64,000 nucleotides of DNA from assembly GCA_951406725.2 (NCBI GenBank), contig OX597828.1, forward strand, positions 62,434,001-62,498,000. Direction: 5' to 3'. Within the stretch, counting starts at the first letter, position 1. Every line of letters begins with the position of its first letter. The notes beneath the pieces were generated by a model. That model saw only the letters and a list, made by a program, of their open reading frames with translations, was not told the origin of the DNA and did not search any database. The position numbers and the translations under genes are program-made. Positions 50,779 through 63,752 of the stretch are shown here, in pieces. The stretch comes from Octopus vulgaris. Taxonomy: Eukaryota.

Positions 50779-53649
50779 TTGTGTTCTCAGTTCAAACCCC
50801 ACTGGCTCCCAACTTTGTCTTTCATTCTTTCTGGGTCAACAACATTAAAGTATCAGCCAAGTACTGAAATCAGTATCTTTGACTAACGCTGTCCCCTTAA
50901 AATTTCTGGCCTTGTTCCAACTGCAATTACTGTTAGGGTCCAGTTAGTGAGCTGGCAGAACCATTAGCACACCAGACAAAATGCTTAGCAGCATTTCTTC
51001 TGAGTTGACATTCTGAATTCAAACCCCACCAAAGTTAACTTTACATTTCATCCTTTCAGGATCAATCAAAAATAAGTACCAATCGAGTACGGGGGGTCCA
51101 TACAATCAGACTTTGTCTCTCCCCTCAAAAACTGTTGGTGCTGTGCCTGTAACCCTTGTTATATGGCAGAATTGTTAGTAGAAAGGATTACATACCTCAA
51201 GTATTTCACTACAATTCCTGAGTTCAAATCCCACCAGAGCCCAGCTTTTGTCTTCTGTCCTTCTGGGAGGTATGAGTGGAGAGTGAGAGGGTGGTCATTA
51301 AAATAAAAGTACCCACCAGTCAAGTGCTGAATTGGGGTGGGCTGGACTTAATCGCCTCTGCCCCCATCCACCAAACCTTACCAAATTTAATCTGGCAAGC
51401 GAGGTGTGGGGTTGAGGGGGGAGATACCAAAGGAAGGTGGGGTGCGGAGGGACATTTTTTTTAATGAAACAAGATTTTTCACTAACCAGAAAGGAACATG
51501 TGCAAAATATCACATATTTTCAGTCGATAATAGAAATGATACTAACATAGCCTCGTATCGTATTTCCTGTGCTTTTGTAGTTTGGTGGGGAGGGGGGTGT
51601 TCTTGTCTTTTTCTTCGGGTCTTTTGCCTTGTTTTCTTTTTTTCTTGGTTTGTTTTGTTTCTTTCTTTTTCAAAATAGCTTATTTATTTATTTAATATTT
51701 TCTTCTGTTCCGACCACTCTTTGAAAGTGGAATTTCATGGAATAAAAAGCAAACATGAAATTATATTAAAAAGGGGAAAAATGTACGCACACGTTATAAA
51801 TATGTATGTGTGCGTGTGCACATGGTTTTTTTTTTTAAATAAGACTGGTAGATCTTTGTTTATGTGTGTGTGTTACTATATACAGACACACAAGCGTATA
51901 CCCTTTTTAAGATATATATATACACACACACACACACACACTTATATACACTCGTATGTATGCTTTTTTATATGAATGTACACACACATATATCTGTATG
52001 TGTGCATGTGTACATATTATACATGTATACATACTTTTTAATATATACACACACACACACATATATGGACACAACACGCACACATAAAATAAATCCATTT
52101 TTTATTTGTGCAACTTCATATAATTTCTTTCATTCCTTTTTTTCTACTATTCTACACACTTCTGTATCCTATTTACAGTGTGTGTATATATATGTTTGTT
52201 GCATGAGCTATGTTATATAATCTAGCACCCGTTAAATGTTTAAATAGACAGAGGCATGTCTCCTGAGACATTTCTTCCGATTATTTCTATACTTCCCTGA
52301 GGCCCAGTTGTGATTTGATCCCTGATCCCACAATTCTCCAATCTCTTGCTAACCAGTTGATGTGGTACTTCCTGTAACATTTCCCCAATCACTGCACAAT
52401 TAGGTACATATATACACACGTGCACACACAAATTGATCATCCTTACTGTAACCGTCCTCATTTTTCGTCATCACCATCATCATCATCATCATCATTTTAT
52501 TTAATATGTTTATTTTTGTTGTTTAGCCCTAGGTCTATCATAATCCAACAGACAGACCTTTGCTCAAAGATATTTAAGTCATGACCATCCCATCTGGATT
52601 TTTTTTTGGTTTAATGTTCAGGTCTGCCTACACAATGTATCCTCTCTTTTTTTTTTAGATGAGGGAGATTTAGCTTCTGTGTCTAACAATTTGAGTGACC
52701 ACGTGGACCTTCCTGATGCCTTGTTCAACATCTGTTTTGTTTTCCAAGCTGGCATGGATGGGTTGGCTAGGTCTACACTTACAGCATAAAACTCCATTCT
52801 TCTCGAACTTGTGTGATCTCTTCTTTGAGGACCAGGATCTTAAAAAGATACAATTCCACCATTTTTTCTTAAGTTTTCATTTGTCATGGGAAGCATTGGT
52901 AAGATCAGATCTCATGATGCTTTGGTTACCAGATGTTTTCAATAACTGAAGACAGACAACAAAAGCAAGAAACTAATTCAAAGTGTGATGTGGAGTTCTA
53001 ACTGTTTCTCCGTCTGGGTTCCATGATCTCAGATTTCTTCAGACTTGGAAGACATCAAATATAGAAATCCCAAGTGAGGACAAGTGAGATTTTTGGCTTC
53101 TTGAATGCAAGAAATAGAAGAAACCTTCTTCTTCAAATTCTCTCAAATTTTGTTCTTTCCTTCCTTTTCATGGAGGGTCAGTGGTGCTTCTCTTTAGTTT
53201 CATGATATTCAGTGGCTGAGAGATGATACCAGTGAGGTGGGGGAGTCATCAATTATCCACAATGCAATTATAGTCCGTTTATTGGGGTTTTTTTTTCTTT
53301 ACCTATTGGTGGAAAATGAGTTAAAATTAGTTGCACATACATCACTAAAAGTGGCCTCCCTCTTGGCATTACTGTTGGCACTACACTTGCCATTATTCTG
53401 CAGGTTTGAACTTAAAATATCAGCTAAGTTGTTACACTAAACTTGACCATTCCTTTTTTTTTTTTTCATTAGTTATTCTGAATTTTGGATTTTTTTTTTA
53501 ATACCTTATAACAATAATAAATCTCTGAAAAGAATGAGTAAACCATTTTCCAATACAATTCCGTCGTTTTTTGCTACCCTTGTTGTTTCATCTTTGTTCA
53601 ATGGTCTTCCTTTCTTCTCCCAGAATAAAATATCTATGGTTAAATGATT

Positions 53650-54250
53650 GGTCCTTAGGAAGTCCCCAAAACTGTCATCATAAATTTTCCTGATAGCAGA
53701 TTACAGATGTTTCCATTCCATACTTCTTGTTTATTCCCTAATTTGTCATGGTGTGTCCAGGTTTCTTCACCAATGATGACTTCTTTTTTTTTTACCTTTA
53801 AGGTATCACATTTGTTGCCAGAACAGTCCAAAAGGTATTCAAAATGATTTGCATCGTGTGGTTCTTTGAGTTGTTTTGGGGACCCATTTTGCATGAATTT
53901 ACTATAAATTAAATTTGTAATGAATGATTTCATAAGCATAATATGCTAATAATATGCAAATTTATATATTAATTCTCATTTCATCCAGAGTTACCCATCT
54001 ATTCAACAGGGTGGAATTACAGTCTTGTTCAATGTTATCATCAGAGCAGAACAGAATCGTTTTTCTGGTTCCTTCAGATACCATGACACTTGTGCAACCA
54101 TTTTTGGAATTTCCAACCCATTCATAGCCAGTCTCTAGGAGCAAAATGCTGTCCTCATATGGCACTAAAAGTCTGCAATTAATTTCGGTCCTTGATATAT
54201 CTTCATCCTACAGAAAAGGGGTCACTGAATGCTTTTCTTCTTGAGAGAAA
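53650..54250 (-). mobile_element. Degraded mariner-like transposase remnant
   Basis: YEWVGNSKNGCTSV, DDNIEQ...RWVTLDE, and IIGEETWTHHD (compare ITGDETWVHHY). Confidence 0.65.
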
Positions 54251-54295
54251 CCGAAGAAGACTTGATTAACCTAAGAATATTTGTGTGTGTGTGTA

Positions 54296-55459
54296 TTGGT
54301 TAACATAATAATAATGGAAGCACCTGAAAATTTCAAACAAATTTATTTTAATATGGAGTAGGACCGCCTTTGGCAGTAATTACAGCTTGAATTCTATGAG
54401 GTATGAACTCATACAAAGTTTGAATTGTTTCCAAAGGAATTTTTGGGACTGTGGTGGCTAGATAAGATGTTCAACTTCACTAGAGTGTTCCTCGTGCCAT
54501 TCAATAACAACTTTAGCTGTGTGAATTGGTGTATCCTGAAAGATTGTGTTTCCCTCCGGGAACAGTTCTGCAACCTTAGGATGAATTTGATCAGATAAAA
54601 TGCTTAAATAGTCTTGACTATTAATTCTGACGTGAAGGGAAACCATTGAGTCGGTGGATTTCCAAGATATAGCTCCCACCCCACCCCGATCACAGTTCCT
54701 TCTCCATGTTTAACAGTTGGAAGAAGGCAGTCTGGGTCAAATGCTTCTTTTGGCGGTCTCCACACATATACTCAGCCAGTGGTCAGAAATAAGGTATAGG
54801 ATGGCTCGTCCAAGAAAATAACATTCTTCCACTGTTCTAGGGACCGATTCTGTAGGTTTTTACTCCACTCTAAACACTTTGCAACTTTTGTTTTTGAAAG
54901 TAGTGGTTTTCTGATTGCAGCCCTTCCATGAAATCAGGCTTTGTGCAGCTCCTGTGAACAGTTTTTGTGGAAACTGGGTTCTCAAGGTAGTCATTAAGCT
55001 CTGCAGTAATTTTGGGAGCTGTACTTTTGTGATCCTTTCTAACAATTTGCATAAGAATCCAACGGTCCCTATCTGTAAGTTTTGGTTTTCTTCTAGAATT
55101 TTGTTTCGATAAGGAGGTTTTTTCCCCCTTTCTCAAAGGCTGTCATTACTTTCAAGATAGTACTTCTTGATACAATAAACATTTCAGCTGTTTTCATTAC
55201 ACTAGCACCTGCCATACGAGCACCAACAATTTGACCTCTTTGAAAGTCCAATAGATCTGTCATTTTAATGAATTTTAATTACCTTTTTCTGATGATATCT
55301 AAAAAAAAACACAGCAATTTTAGCAAAACATTAACATGTTTTGTTAAAATTGCAACACTAATAATAAATAAAATAACACAAAAATAAACAAGCTTTTGAA
55401 GGTTTTATAGATACTTCAAAATTATGATGCTAGGTGTTTCCATTATTTTCTCCAACCCA
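54296..55459 (-). mobile_element. Tc1-like DNA transposon, internally deleted pseudogene
   Basis: Inverted termini AATAATGGAAGCACCT / AGGTGTTTCCATTATT; RKPKLTDRDR...TAPKITAELN...VSTKTVHR; INSQDYLSIL...IFQD.PIHTAKVV.EW. Confidence 0.9.
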
Positions 55460-55489
55460 TATATATATGTCTGTACGTATGTGCATGTG

Positions 55490-55660
55490 TAGATTGCTAG
55501 CCACTACCCATTCTTTATTTTCTCTCCTTGTTCCTTTCTGTGGAAGAGCATAGGCTCGAAACATTAAAGACATTTTCATGTCCTGAGCGTTAAACTAATG
55601 CATCTGTTTGTTGCCTACACCACCTGTCTTCGTCTTTTGTTTTTTTAATGAATTCTCCCT
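55490..55660 (+). mobile_element. Short Penelope-like terminal element ending in (TA)n
   Basis: Same family as 19057-19230, opposite strand. Confidence 0.7.
55533..55570 (+). ncRNA. Minimal type I hammerhead-like motif (A6U core)
   Basis: CCTTT CTGTGGA A GAGC ATAG GCTC GAAAC ATT AAAGA. Confidence 0.55.
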
Positions 55661-55774
55661 ATATATATATATGGATGGATGGATGGACGGACAGACGGAC
55701 AAATCAAAAGCAGCTCCTGTTATGTAGCACATACATTGTGTATGTGCAACCAATAATATGTGTGTGTGTATGTA

Positions 55775-56316
55775 TGAGGGTGAGTCAAAAAGTAATGCCA
55801 TTTTGTTTAGGACAGGTATAATTACCAACACAGGAACATGTATCATACATCAAAATGAAGCTGGTCCTCTGTGGATCACATCCCTACTTCTCAACATAGG
55901 CACCATTTCTCTCAATAGCCATGTTCCACCTTTGAATGAGAGCATGTATCCCTGCCCCGTAAAATTCTGTTGACTGTTCTTTAAGCCACTTCTTCACTAC
56001 AGTTTTCACTTCCTCATCACTAAAATAATGTTTGCCTCTCAAATCCTCTTTCATGGGGCCGAAGAGATGATAGTCTGAAGGCGCTAAATCTGGTGATTGC
56101 AGGTATTGACCCTGTCAGTCTTGCGTTTGGTAGTCAGCTCTCTCAGTACCCAACGGGCACACTCTTGTGAAAAGCCAAGTGATTCGACAATGTTGTAAGC
56201 ACTTCCATGGCTCACTCCAAGGTCTTCCGCCAACTCATCAAGAGTTATGCACCTGTCTTCTCTGATCAGAGCATCTGCTTTTGCTTTATTGGCAGGATTC
56301 ACAAAAGCGGACGGAC
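55775..56316 (-). mobile_element. Mariner-like transposon remnant
   Basis: ALIREDRCITLDELAEDLGVSHGSAYNIV.SLGF...ARWVLREL (HTH plus WVPHEL-like motif); terminus TA|TGAGGGTGAGTCAAAAAGTAATGCC. Confidence 0.85.
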
Positions 56317-57390
56317 TATAATCTCAGTCATTAAATATAGACATCTGATAATAATAAGCACAACTAATTTTTCCCCTTATAAGGTAAAATTAGTTGTGCA
56401 TTGTGGGTAATTAGTGACTCAGTTTGAAACATTTGAATCCATTCTCATTTGCATAGGGTCTTGAAACTTCTGTCACAGGAAATATTTCCTGGATAATGAG
56501 ATTACCAGGAACCCTTAAAATTGGGTTAATTGAATTAATGAAGAGTATGGAAGAATATGCTCTAGAAACACTAGGAAAAGCCTGTAGTGGATTTGAACTC
56601 ACAACCTATAGCAAGTTAATCCTATACGGTCCCTACTTAGCCATCCTCTCTCTATGAGTGATACATCAGAATAGATAATAGTTCAATTTAGATGTTGTTT
56701 ATTGTTTGGCCCTGGATTAAGCCAGACTGGAACAAGCCTATGATCAGCTGCATTCCAGCTGTGAGGACTCACATCATCCAATGTGTCCTGCTCTTGTGGG
56801 TTTCAGTAGTATTCTGCTGCTGTTTCTAGCAGATCAAGCAACCACATAGAGGCTTCCTCCGTGGCTTGTTAACATTGATTGTAAAACAACTGAAGCATTA
56901 ATTAATTACTCTGACTTCATCTGACAGACAATCCTCATTAACATAAATTAATTCTTACTTCTCAGACCCTTTCACACTGTTCTACATAATTGGGGTTTAT
57001 GGCATCAATTAGAAAAATATGATTACATGTTTTTGTAGCCGTTATTAAGCGGCGGTGCATCAGCATGGCTGCAGCTCAGAGCTGAAACTACAGAAGAAAA
57101 AAAAACGAACGGAAATAAGAGCCAGATTGTTAGACAGAATGGATGCCTTTGCATCATACTGGTTGCTTCAAATATTAGCATTGCCGTCAACAATTCTCCT
57201 TTCTTTAACAGGGTTAACTTGTTCTTCAGCATTCTTGTGTTCTTTATCAAATTGGCTGAACAAGATTCTTGTTTTTTTTATGTTTTTGTTTTCCTTTTAT
57301 GGTTGAACTGGCCTAATGAACCTGCAACCAACTTCTGTTGCCCCTTGTTAAGCTGGGGTTAATCTCTCTCCTCTGCTGTTTGGGATTAGT

Positions 57391-57700
57391 GAAGGTTTGT
57401 GGCATTGTGGTTAGGGGTATTCAGCTCAAGATTGTAAGGTCTTGAGTTAGATTCCCAGCAGCATATCGTGTCCTTGAGCAAGACACTTTATTTCACATTA
57501 CTCCAGTCCACTCATTTGACAAGAATGAGTTGTACCTTTAATTTGCTAGGAGCCAGTCTGATTACATTCAGTGTCATGCTGAATCTCTCTGAGAACTACA
57601 TTAAAGGTATGCATGTCTGTGGAGTACTCAGCCACTTGCCCATTAATTTCACAAGCCAGCTGCTCTATTCATTGAGTCAACTGTAATCTTCATCCTTGTA
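57391..57700 (+). mobile_element. tRNA-derived SINE family 3
   Basis: GAAGGTTTGTGGCATTGTGGTTAGGG...GTGTCCTTGAGCAAGACACTT. Confidence 0.75.
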
Positions 57701-57992
57701 AAATCAATCGAGGTTGTTCATCATTGTTCCAGTTTACAAATCCTAGCAGGGGGGGGGGGTTCAATCCATCTCCATTGAATTTCTCCTCCTTAAAGTTTGA
57801 AAACCATTTCTGTGCAATTCATTTAGTAAATGTGCTTTTTCCATGCACAGCACAAATCTATAAAATAGCTTTTGCAGCTTGGAGCATCAATTGAAAACAA
57901 AGAAAAGCCGGTGTCAAAATTTCTTCTGTTCTTCTTGGTATTCCCTCATCATATTTCTGAAAAAGAGGTAGAATTTATACAAATATTAAAAG

Positions 57993-58385
57993 CAGGTGTG
58001 GCTGTGTGGTAAGAAGCTTGCTTCCCAGTCACATGGCTCTGGGTTCAGTCCTACTGTGTGGCATCCAATTGGGCAAGTGTCTTCTAGAGCCTCAGACTAA
58101 CTAAAGCCTTGTCAGTGGATTTGATAGACCAAAACTGAAAGGCCATTGTGTGTGTGCATGCATGTGTGTCTTTGCATCTGTTTGTCACCCACCACCAACT
58201 GACAACCAGTGTTGGTGTGTTTATGTCCCTAAAACATAGCAGTTTGGCAAAAGAGATCAATAGAATAAGTGCTAGGCTTAAGATAAAAATAAGTCCTGGA
58301 GTTCATTATTTGACTAAAACATTCTTCATTGCAGTGCCTCAGTATGGCCACAGTCTAATGACTGATATAAGTAAAAGATAAAAGA
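57993..58385 (+). mobile_element. tRNA-derived SINE family 1
   Basis: GCAGGTGTGGCTGTGTGGTAAG through AAGTAAAAGATAAAAGA. Confidence 0.85.
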
Positions 58386-59708
58386 TAATAAAGTGTAAGT
58401 TTAGAAGAAAGAACAGAGCTACAAAAAAACAAAACATAAACCCTTTGAGAAAACTATTTTCATGTTAATTCAAATAACATTGGGAAGGAATGAATAAATT
58501 GATCTGACAGCACAATACACACACACATGCACACGCACACACATGCACACACACACACACATGCTCACACACACACATGTGCACATATATTTATAATTTC
58601 TAAATATTACTGTGCAATTATCGTTAGTAATAAAACAAAAACAATTTTATTTTGCAACAATAACAATAAAAACAACAGCCTAAATTACCGGAATGAAGAG
58701 GAAAATTAAGAAGAAAACGTCAACGATACATGAAACTCCACAGACACGCAATGGGGTGGCATTAATTGTACAAGAATAAAAATAAAACTCTTTAATTAAA
58801 TCTAATCAAGTGGTTCCTAGTATACTTGATGTTGTAAAGTAAGAAATTTTTAATTTATTCAAATTACAAGTAAGTCATTAGAACAATCAGCATTGAAGTA
58901 TATAATTTAGTAAAAAAAAAAAAAACGAAGCAGGAGTGTCGACAACTTCCTTTGTTGAGGCCTCAATTCCTGATACAGTAGTAGGGGCAATGTCATGACA
59001 TATTGGAGTGTTGTGGACCTTTTGTTTAAACATGGTGGAACCCATTCATTTCCAGATCTGAACACAAATGAATTCTTTAAGAGGGAGAGGGAGAGAAAGT
59101 GAAAAAGAGATGAGAAGAATTGGCCCCAGTACAAAACTGGTATTTTATCATCTCTAAAAGGATGAAAGCAAAATTAACCCTTGTGGGATTTGAACTCTAA
59201 ACACAAATCCAGATGTGAAAACTGCATTCTTTAATGACTCATTATTCCATGGTAGATGGGAAAGAGACAACTACAAAATTTCAATTAACTAAAATAAATC
59301 AATTATGAAATGCAGTGGGGAAATGAGTTTGATCTTTAGCCATACAGTGACAATGCTCTGTATGTTTCAGTCTTATTTGACCTCATTAACCAAGCCTAGT
59401 GTAACCATAACTGCTAGATCTTAGAGTGATCTCAGAGATGTTAGGACTTTTTTGTGAGTAAATACAGAGTGATGTTTGTTTTTTACTTTTGTCTTTCTCT
59501 GCCGGCATGGGTCAGCTGAATATATTATTAAACCATTGCTTTACAGCTGGACACTCTTTCTGTTGTTAACCCTTAACAGTTTATTCACATAAGGGATTTC
59601 TTATTCCACGTGTCTTCAAAGGTGATGAGCCAGTTGAAGATTTGGTGATGGGGAAATGACGGCAACATCCTACCTTGTATTTCAACAATTTGGGGAGAAA
59701 TGCCAATG

Positions 59709-59750
59709 TAACACACACACACACACATATATATATGCACATACACACAT

Positions 59751-59797
<47 letters not shown>

Positions 59798-60086
59798 CAT
59801 ACACACACAAACACACACACACACATATATACATATGCACATACAAACATGCACATATATACATACACACATACAAACACACACATATACATATGGACAC
59901 GGACACACATGCAAACACACACATATACATATGGACACGGACACATACAAACACACACACATTTATATACATATACACATAAACACGCACATATACATAC
60001 ACGCATACAAACACAAACATACACACACATGCATATATACATATGGACACACACATACAAACACAAACACATACAAACACACACAA

Positions 60087-60117
<31 letters not shown>

Positions 60118-60675
60118 CATATATATACATATGCACATACACACATACATACAAACATGCACATACATACAAACATGCACATATATACGTACACACATAC
60201 AAACACACACATATATACATATGGACACGGACACATACAAACACACACACACATGTATATACATATTCACATACAAACTCACACATATATATACATATAG
60301 ACACGGACACACACATGTATATACATATACACATACACACAAGCACGCACATATATACATACACGCATACGAAAACACACATACACAAACACATGTATAT
60401 ATACATATGGACACATACAAACACACACATATATATACATATGCACGTACACACATACATACAAACATGCACATATATACATAGACACATACATATACAT
60501 ATGGACATGGACACACAAACACATACACACACACACGTATATACATATATACATACACACAAACATGCACATATATACATACATGCATACGAACACACAC
60601 AAACACATGCATATATACATACAAATTCATACACACAAACACACACAAACACACACTCACAAACACACACATATA
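59709..60675. repeat. About 1-kb compound CA/TA satellite with higher-order units
   Basis: Recurrent CATATATACATATGGACACGGACACATACAAACACACA; source of the long spurious ORFs. Confidence 0.9.
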
Positions 60676-61432
60676 CAGAGTGTGATAAATAAATTGTCAT
60701 CTAAATTATGCAAAAATGAAAATAACACTCACATCTGATTTTAACAGGTAAATTTTCCAAAATTACATAAAAATATCTTGAAATACTAAAGAAGAAATTT
60801 ATTCAACAAAATTACCATCGGCTTCAACCACGGCCTCCAGATGATTTCAGAATCTCCTGCAACTCTTCTGGATGGTCTCCTTGTTTAAGTTGGTGAATGC
60901 TGCCATAATCCTTGCCTTCAGTTCATCTTTGATGTTACAAGGAGTAATGTTGGTCTCTCGCTCAACTGCGCCCCACACATAATAATCAAGGGGGTTGCAG
61001 TCTGGGGAGTTAGGTAGCCAGATGTTAGGGGTGATGTGGTTGCAGAAATTGTCTGACAACCATGACTGGGTTCTCCTGCTTGTGTGGCATGGTGCAGAGT
61101 CCTGTTGTCAGACCTAGGGTCTTCGAGCAGCCACCCTTTTGACCCAGGGCAGCACTACCTCCTCCATCACTAGTGATCACTCCAGTGCTGTTGACTGGAT
61201 GTTTTATTTTTATCACTCACATTCATATTGGAGCTTCCAGCATGAATGCCAAGCAGTACAGCATGTCGTTTCCAAATTTCTGGTAGATTGAATTGCATCA
61301 TGGTGCTGTTTTTCTCACAGACAGTGCCCAACTGACCCTACTGTACTGCGTAGTCAACAAAGTCAAAAACAATCAATGTGCATGTGTGAAAATAAAAATA
61401 TAAAATGGCAACAATTTACCCATCACACCCTC
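60676..61432 (-). mobile_element. maT (DD37D)-like Tc1/mariner element, internally deleted
   Basis: WLPNSPDCNPLDYYVWGAVE...DELKARI...CRRF; inverted termini CAGAGTGTGATAAATAAATTGT / ACAATTTACCCATCACACCCTC. Confidence 0.85.
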
Positions 61433-61735
61433 AAAATCGCTGACGTGGCTGATGACAGTACTGGCTGATTGTCACTCGAACTAGTGGAACGTTAAAAGCA
61501 CATCTGAGCGTGATCATTTCCAGGACCGTGGATTGGCTCCCATGCCAGTGGCACATAGAAGCAGCCACTACACTCTTGGAGTGGTTGGCGTTAGGAAGGG
61601 CATCAAGCTGTAGAAACTTTGCCAGATCAGATTGGAGCCTGGTGCAGCCTACTGGTTCGCCAGTCTTCAGTCAAACTGTCCAACCCATGCCAGCATGGAA
61701 AGTGGATGTTAAACGATGATGATGATATATATATA

Positions 61736-61895
61736 GGCGCAGGAGTGGCTGTGTGGTAAGTAGCTTGCTTAACAACCACATGGTTCTGGGTTCAGTCCCA
61801 CTGCGTGGCATCTTGGGCAAGTGTCTTCTGCTATAGCCCCGGGCCGACCAATGCCTTGTGAGTGGATTTGGTAGACGGAAACTGAAAGAAGCCCC

Positions 61896-61957
<62 letters not shown>

Positions 61958-62165
61958 ATATGTGTGTGTGTGTGTGTTTGTCCCCCTAGCATTGCTTGAC
62001 AACCGATGCTGGTGTGTTTATGTCCCCATCACTTAGCGGTTCGGCAATAGAGACCGATAGAATAAGTACTGGGCTTACAAAGAATAAGTCCCGGGGTCAA
62101 TTTGCTCGACTAAAGGCGGTGCTCCAGCATGGCCGCAGTCAAATGACTGAAACAAGTTAAAGAGT
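61736..62165 (+). mobile_element. tRNA-derived SINE family 1, full length and young
   Basis: GGCGCAGGAGTGGCTGTGTGGTAAG through GACTGAAACAAGTTAAAGAG; flanked by TA repeats. Confidence 0.9.
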
Positions 62166-62353
62166 ATATATATATATATATATACACACATGCACATACA
62201 CACACAATGAGCTTTTTGCAGTTTTCCTGTAGGTACAAACATGGCTGTATGGTTCAGGGTTCAGATCTCTTTACAATCTCATGATTGAAGGTTCAATGCC
62301 ACTGCATGGTAGTTTGTGCAAGTGCTTTTTGCTTAAAACACCAATGCCTTGTG

Positions 62354-62624
62354 GTAAGATCCTCTCCACAGATTTTCCATAGATATTACAGCCAGCAATG
62401 ATTTTATTCTTCCGTTTCGTATCCAAAATATCTTAACAAAAGGTTAGATTAGTGTTAAGGCCATCTCTGCAGATTTTCCACAGAAAACCTGTAGAGATGG
62501 CATTAAGATGGGATTTAAGAGCACTGCTAACACAGAAGAACACAATATTGACTTCTAAAAAGTTTAGCATACTTTGTGGTATATAATGGTTACATAATGA
62601 ACTACCACTTGTCTACAAGTCATT
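62354..62624. other. 271-bp unclassified insertion flanked by an 11-bp direct repeat, inside a SINE
   Basis: AATGCCTTGTG at 62343-62353 and 62625-62635; contains a hairpin at 62455-62506. Confidence 0.6.
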
Positions 62625-63291
62625 AATGCCTTGTGAGTGAATTTGGTAGATGGAAACTGTGGAGAAGCCCAGTGTGTGTGTATGTTCCCTACCACTGGTT
62701 AACCACCAATGTTGCTTTGTTCATATGCTCCAGCATGACCAAAGTCCAAAGACAGTAAAAATAAATCCACTGACAAGGCTTTGATTGGCCCAGAGCTATA
62801 GTAGAAGGTACTTGACTGGCCCAGGGTGGTGCCATGCAGTGGAACTGAACCTGAAACCACTCAGTCGCAAAGTGAACTTTACAACCACACAACAATGCCT
62901 GGTGTTATAAATTTAAAATAACCCAGGGACATTGCTGCATGGAATCTTAACAGTCAAGTATGTATTAGTATAGTTAATGTAGTAAGGCAAGAAGTTGTAA
63001 TTAACATTAGTGATGAGAAAATCGTTTTCTAAATGACTCTAAGATTTAATTAGTTGCTGGCTTAGTGAAACAACTGTGATTGCAATAATCAGTTAATTAA
63101 TTTCACATGAAACATTTAATTACTCTCTCTTTCTCTCTTTAACGAGCATGTAAGTCGTATGTGTGTGGGTGCCTCAATTGGTCTACATGTGTGCGTGCGC
63201 ATGCACACAGAGATGTTCTTATGCAAATGTATGTGTATGTATATATCTGAGTATGTGTTTTGAAGGATTTGGATGAATATATCTGGGAATA

Positions 63292-63668
63292 TGCAGGAAT
63301 GGTTGTGTGGTAAGTAGCTTGCTTAACAACCACATGGTTTTGGGGGTCAGTCCCACTGCATGGCACCTTGGGCAAGTGTCTTCTACTATAGCCTCATCCC
63401 GACCTAAGCCTTGGGAGAGGATTTGGTAGAGGGAAACTGAAAGAAGCCCATCCTGTATATATATGTATGTGTGTGTCTGTGCTTGTCCCCACCAACATCA
63501 CTTGACAACCAATGCTGGTGTGTTTACATCTCCATAACTTAGCAGTTCAGCAAAAGAGAGCGATAGAATAAGTAGTAGGGTTACAAAGAATAAGTCCTGT
63601 GGTCAATATTTGCTTGACTAAAAGCGGTGCTCCAGCATGGCTGCAGTCAAATGATAAACAAATAAAAA
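63292..63668 (+). mobile_element. tRNA-derived SINE family 1
   Basis: TGCAGGAATGGTTGTGTGGTAAG through GCAGTCAAATGA. Confidence 0.85.
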
Positions 63669-63688
63669 TAGGATATATATATATTGTG

Positions 63689-63750
<62 letters not shown>

Positions 63751-63752
<2 letters not shown>

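Noticed and set aside
59581-60700. Longest ORFs in the window (up to 363 aa)
   Set aside because: Translations of a CA/TA satellite (VCVY or THTY runs) that is open in many frames; the same applies to most short ORFs in the track.
61736-61810. tRNA genes
   Set aside because: A and B boxes belong to SINE heads followed by the SINE body; no complete cloverleaf was seen.
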